Shown here: positions 62,421 to 64,000 of the stretch, piece by piece
Layout: every line of letters begins with the position of its first letter
Numbering within the stretch: the first letter of the stretch is position 1
Origin: Blasia pusilla
Taxonomy: Eukaryota
Direction: 5' to 3'
NCBI GenBank assembly: GCA_050084515.1
Contig: CM114271.1
Coordinates: 17,422,001 to 17,486,000, forward strand
Length of the DNA: 64,000 bases
Notes under the pieces: generated by a model
Seen by the model: the letters and a program-made list of their open reading frames with translations, nothing else
The model's database searches: none
What the model was told of the DNA's origin: nothing
Translations under genes and position numbers: made by a program

Positions 62421-64000
62421 CCCATAAAAAATGTTTCTATCATGTCTGGATATCCCTGACTCGTGCATAAAAGTGGAACATTCTCTATTGATGTGAGTTT
62501 TAGTACATCGTTTTTCCAAAGCCTTGATCCAAAAATTTTGACCATCCCCTCGCAAATGAATGAATAATCGATCGTCAAAAAAAGTGTCCATGAGATCGTG
62601 CATACGACCCAACATTCACCGCTGGTCATATCCATGACCACACTTGATGCACACTTGCCATCACTTATGCTTGAATCGCCTAATAATGGGACGTTCTCCA
62701 AAATGTAGGACTAGAATATATATATATATATATATAGGTAGGTAGGTAGTCTACACGTGTCAAAGAACTCGTAACATCTTGTAAAACATAGTTAACCTTG
62801 GGTTCTGAAGACCCTCTATTGGCTAAACAAATTGACCTTAACATGATCATTGCCATTTCCAAATAAATCATATCAATGTTATCCAGATTCTCCATCCCCA
62901 AAAAAAAAAAAAAAAAAAAATACATTATGATATCCCTTAACAATAGAAATTGAAAATAAATGAGGATACTATTGGAGTAGTCTTGACACATGGTGAAATG
63001 AGACTCTTTGTGCAATCTTATCTCCCTCAACGTACAAGTATTTTTGTAATCCCAATTCGACCTACAACAATATAGCCAATGTAGAACTAATCCCTCTAAA
63101 GAGATCTAGTACACGAACATCCTCCTCGGGATATTTCCACTTGATCCATGCAATGTCCTAGGCTATCATTGTCTCCACTCCTAGAGCATGTGGTACCTCT
63201 AATTGATCTCGCTCTAGAGCATAGGCTCGGTTGCAATCCTGCCTCACGAGCTTGTCTACGCTCCTCCGTAAGTTGATACTCGTCCCCCATAATATTAAAG
63301 AATTATTGCCAATAGGTGAAGTCACACTTGTCATTGCATGCCACCCCTTGAGACTAACCTCAACAAGAGTATCCTCTACATTGAGGAGTAATAAGAAGAG
63401 AGGAGGGAGCAGAGAGGAAGATATTTGCAACTCCTAGGGCTCTATTGGTTTGAAGAGAGTTTTTGTCAAGTTGGAGGGAGGAAAATTTTGACGAGCACCC
63501 ATAGCAAGTTTTTTTTTTTGGTGGTGAAAAAAATGCAAAATTTTCACCTTTTCAATGTAGCGGAATCCAACGGGTTGCTTTTTAGGAGACAAAGGGACCC
63601 ATCTAATTTCGAAGGGTTTCTTTTTAGGTATCAAAGCAACCCATTGGATTCTGACAAGTAGCTTTTTGTGCATCAAAGAAAACATTTTTTTTTAAAATTA
63701 CATTAAAAAAAAACCCAACCCATGCTCCCCCTCTTCCCTCCAAAATTTTTTTTTTTGCAACCCATCAAAAATCTGATGGATTGCACCAAGTAACCTCTCT
63801 TCAAAAAAATCCCCAAAAAAATCACTCACTTCTTATCCATAATCTTCATGTTTTTTGATTTTTTTTCCTTTTTTTAAGAGAGATTCTCCTCTCTTCCTCT
63901 CTTTCTGCCAAAATAGCATCCCTCCTCTGATGGAGATTCCCCTCTAGTTAATCTCCACAATAAGCTACTATTTTTGTTGTCAACTCTCACAGTGAATCGT

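Noticed and set aside
63060-64000. Possible DNA-transposon fragment with a Harbinger-like TIR (AGGGCTCTATTGGTT at ~63436)
   Set aside because: No partner TIR or transposase motif within the window.

Overview
Eukaryotic, intron-rich plant genomic DNA. The gene and transposon repertoire suggests a non-seed land plant such as a bryophyte or lycophyte (inference). Three host genes are supported: the 5' part of a DCAF4/WDR21-like gene (minus strand, runs off the left edge), a complete 8-exon MEMO1 gene (21721-26096) and a complete 14-exon EH-domain AtEH/Pan1-like gene (38543-46392). The rest is nested, decayed mobile DNA: a ~13-kb intron-containing Helitron, small non-autonomous Helitrons, a CRE-type non-LTR element with a 13-bp TSD, a chromovirus remnant and a two-LTR Ty1/copia. 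The most interesting component is a Ty3/gypsy lineage with five remnants here. Its best-preserved copy carries a DNMT3-like cytosine-methyltransferase fragment before RT and a PHD finger after integrase, and its two solo LTRs have 4-bp TSDs. Three diverged copies share an unusual 3' architecture: conserved AACCAC motif and purine tract, then an extra ~110-130-bp copy of the LTR 3' end, a 2-nt spacer, and the 3' LTR. This amounts to a pre-encoded abutted-ends ('circle junction'-like) site. All assignments come from reading motifs by eye; no searches were run.
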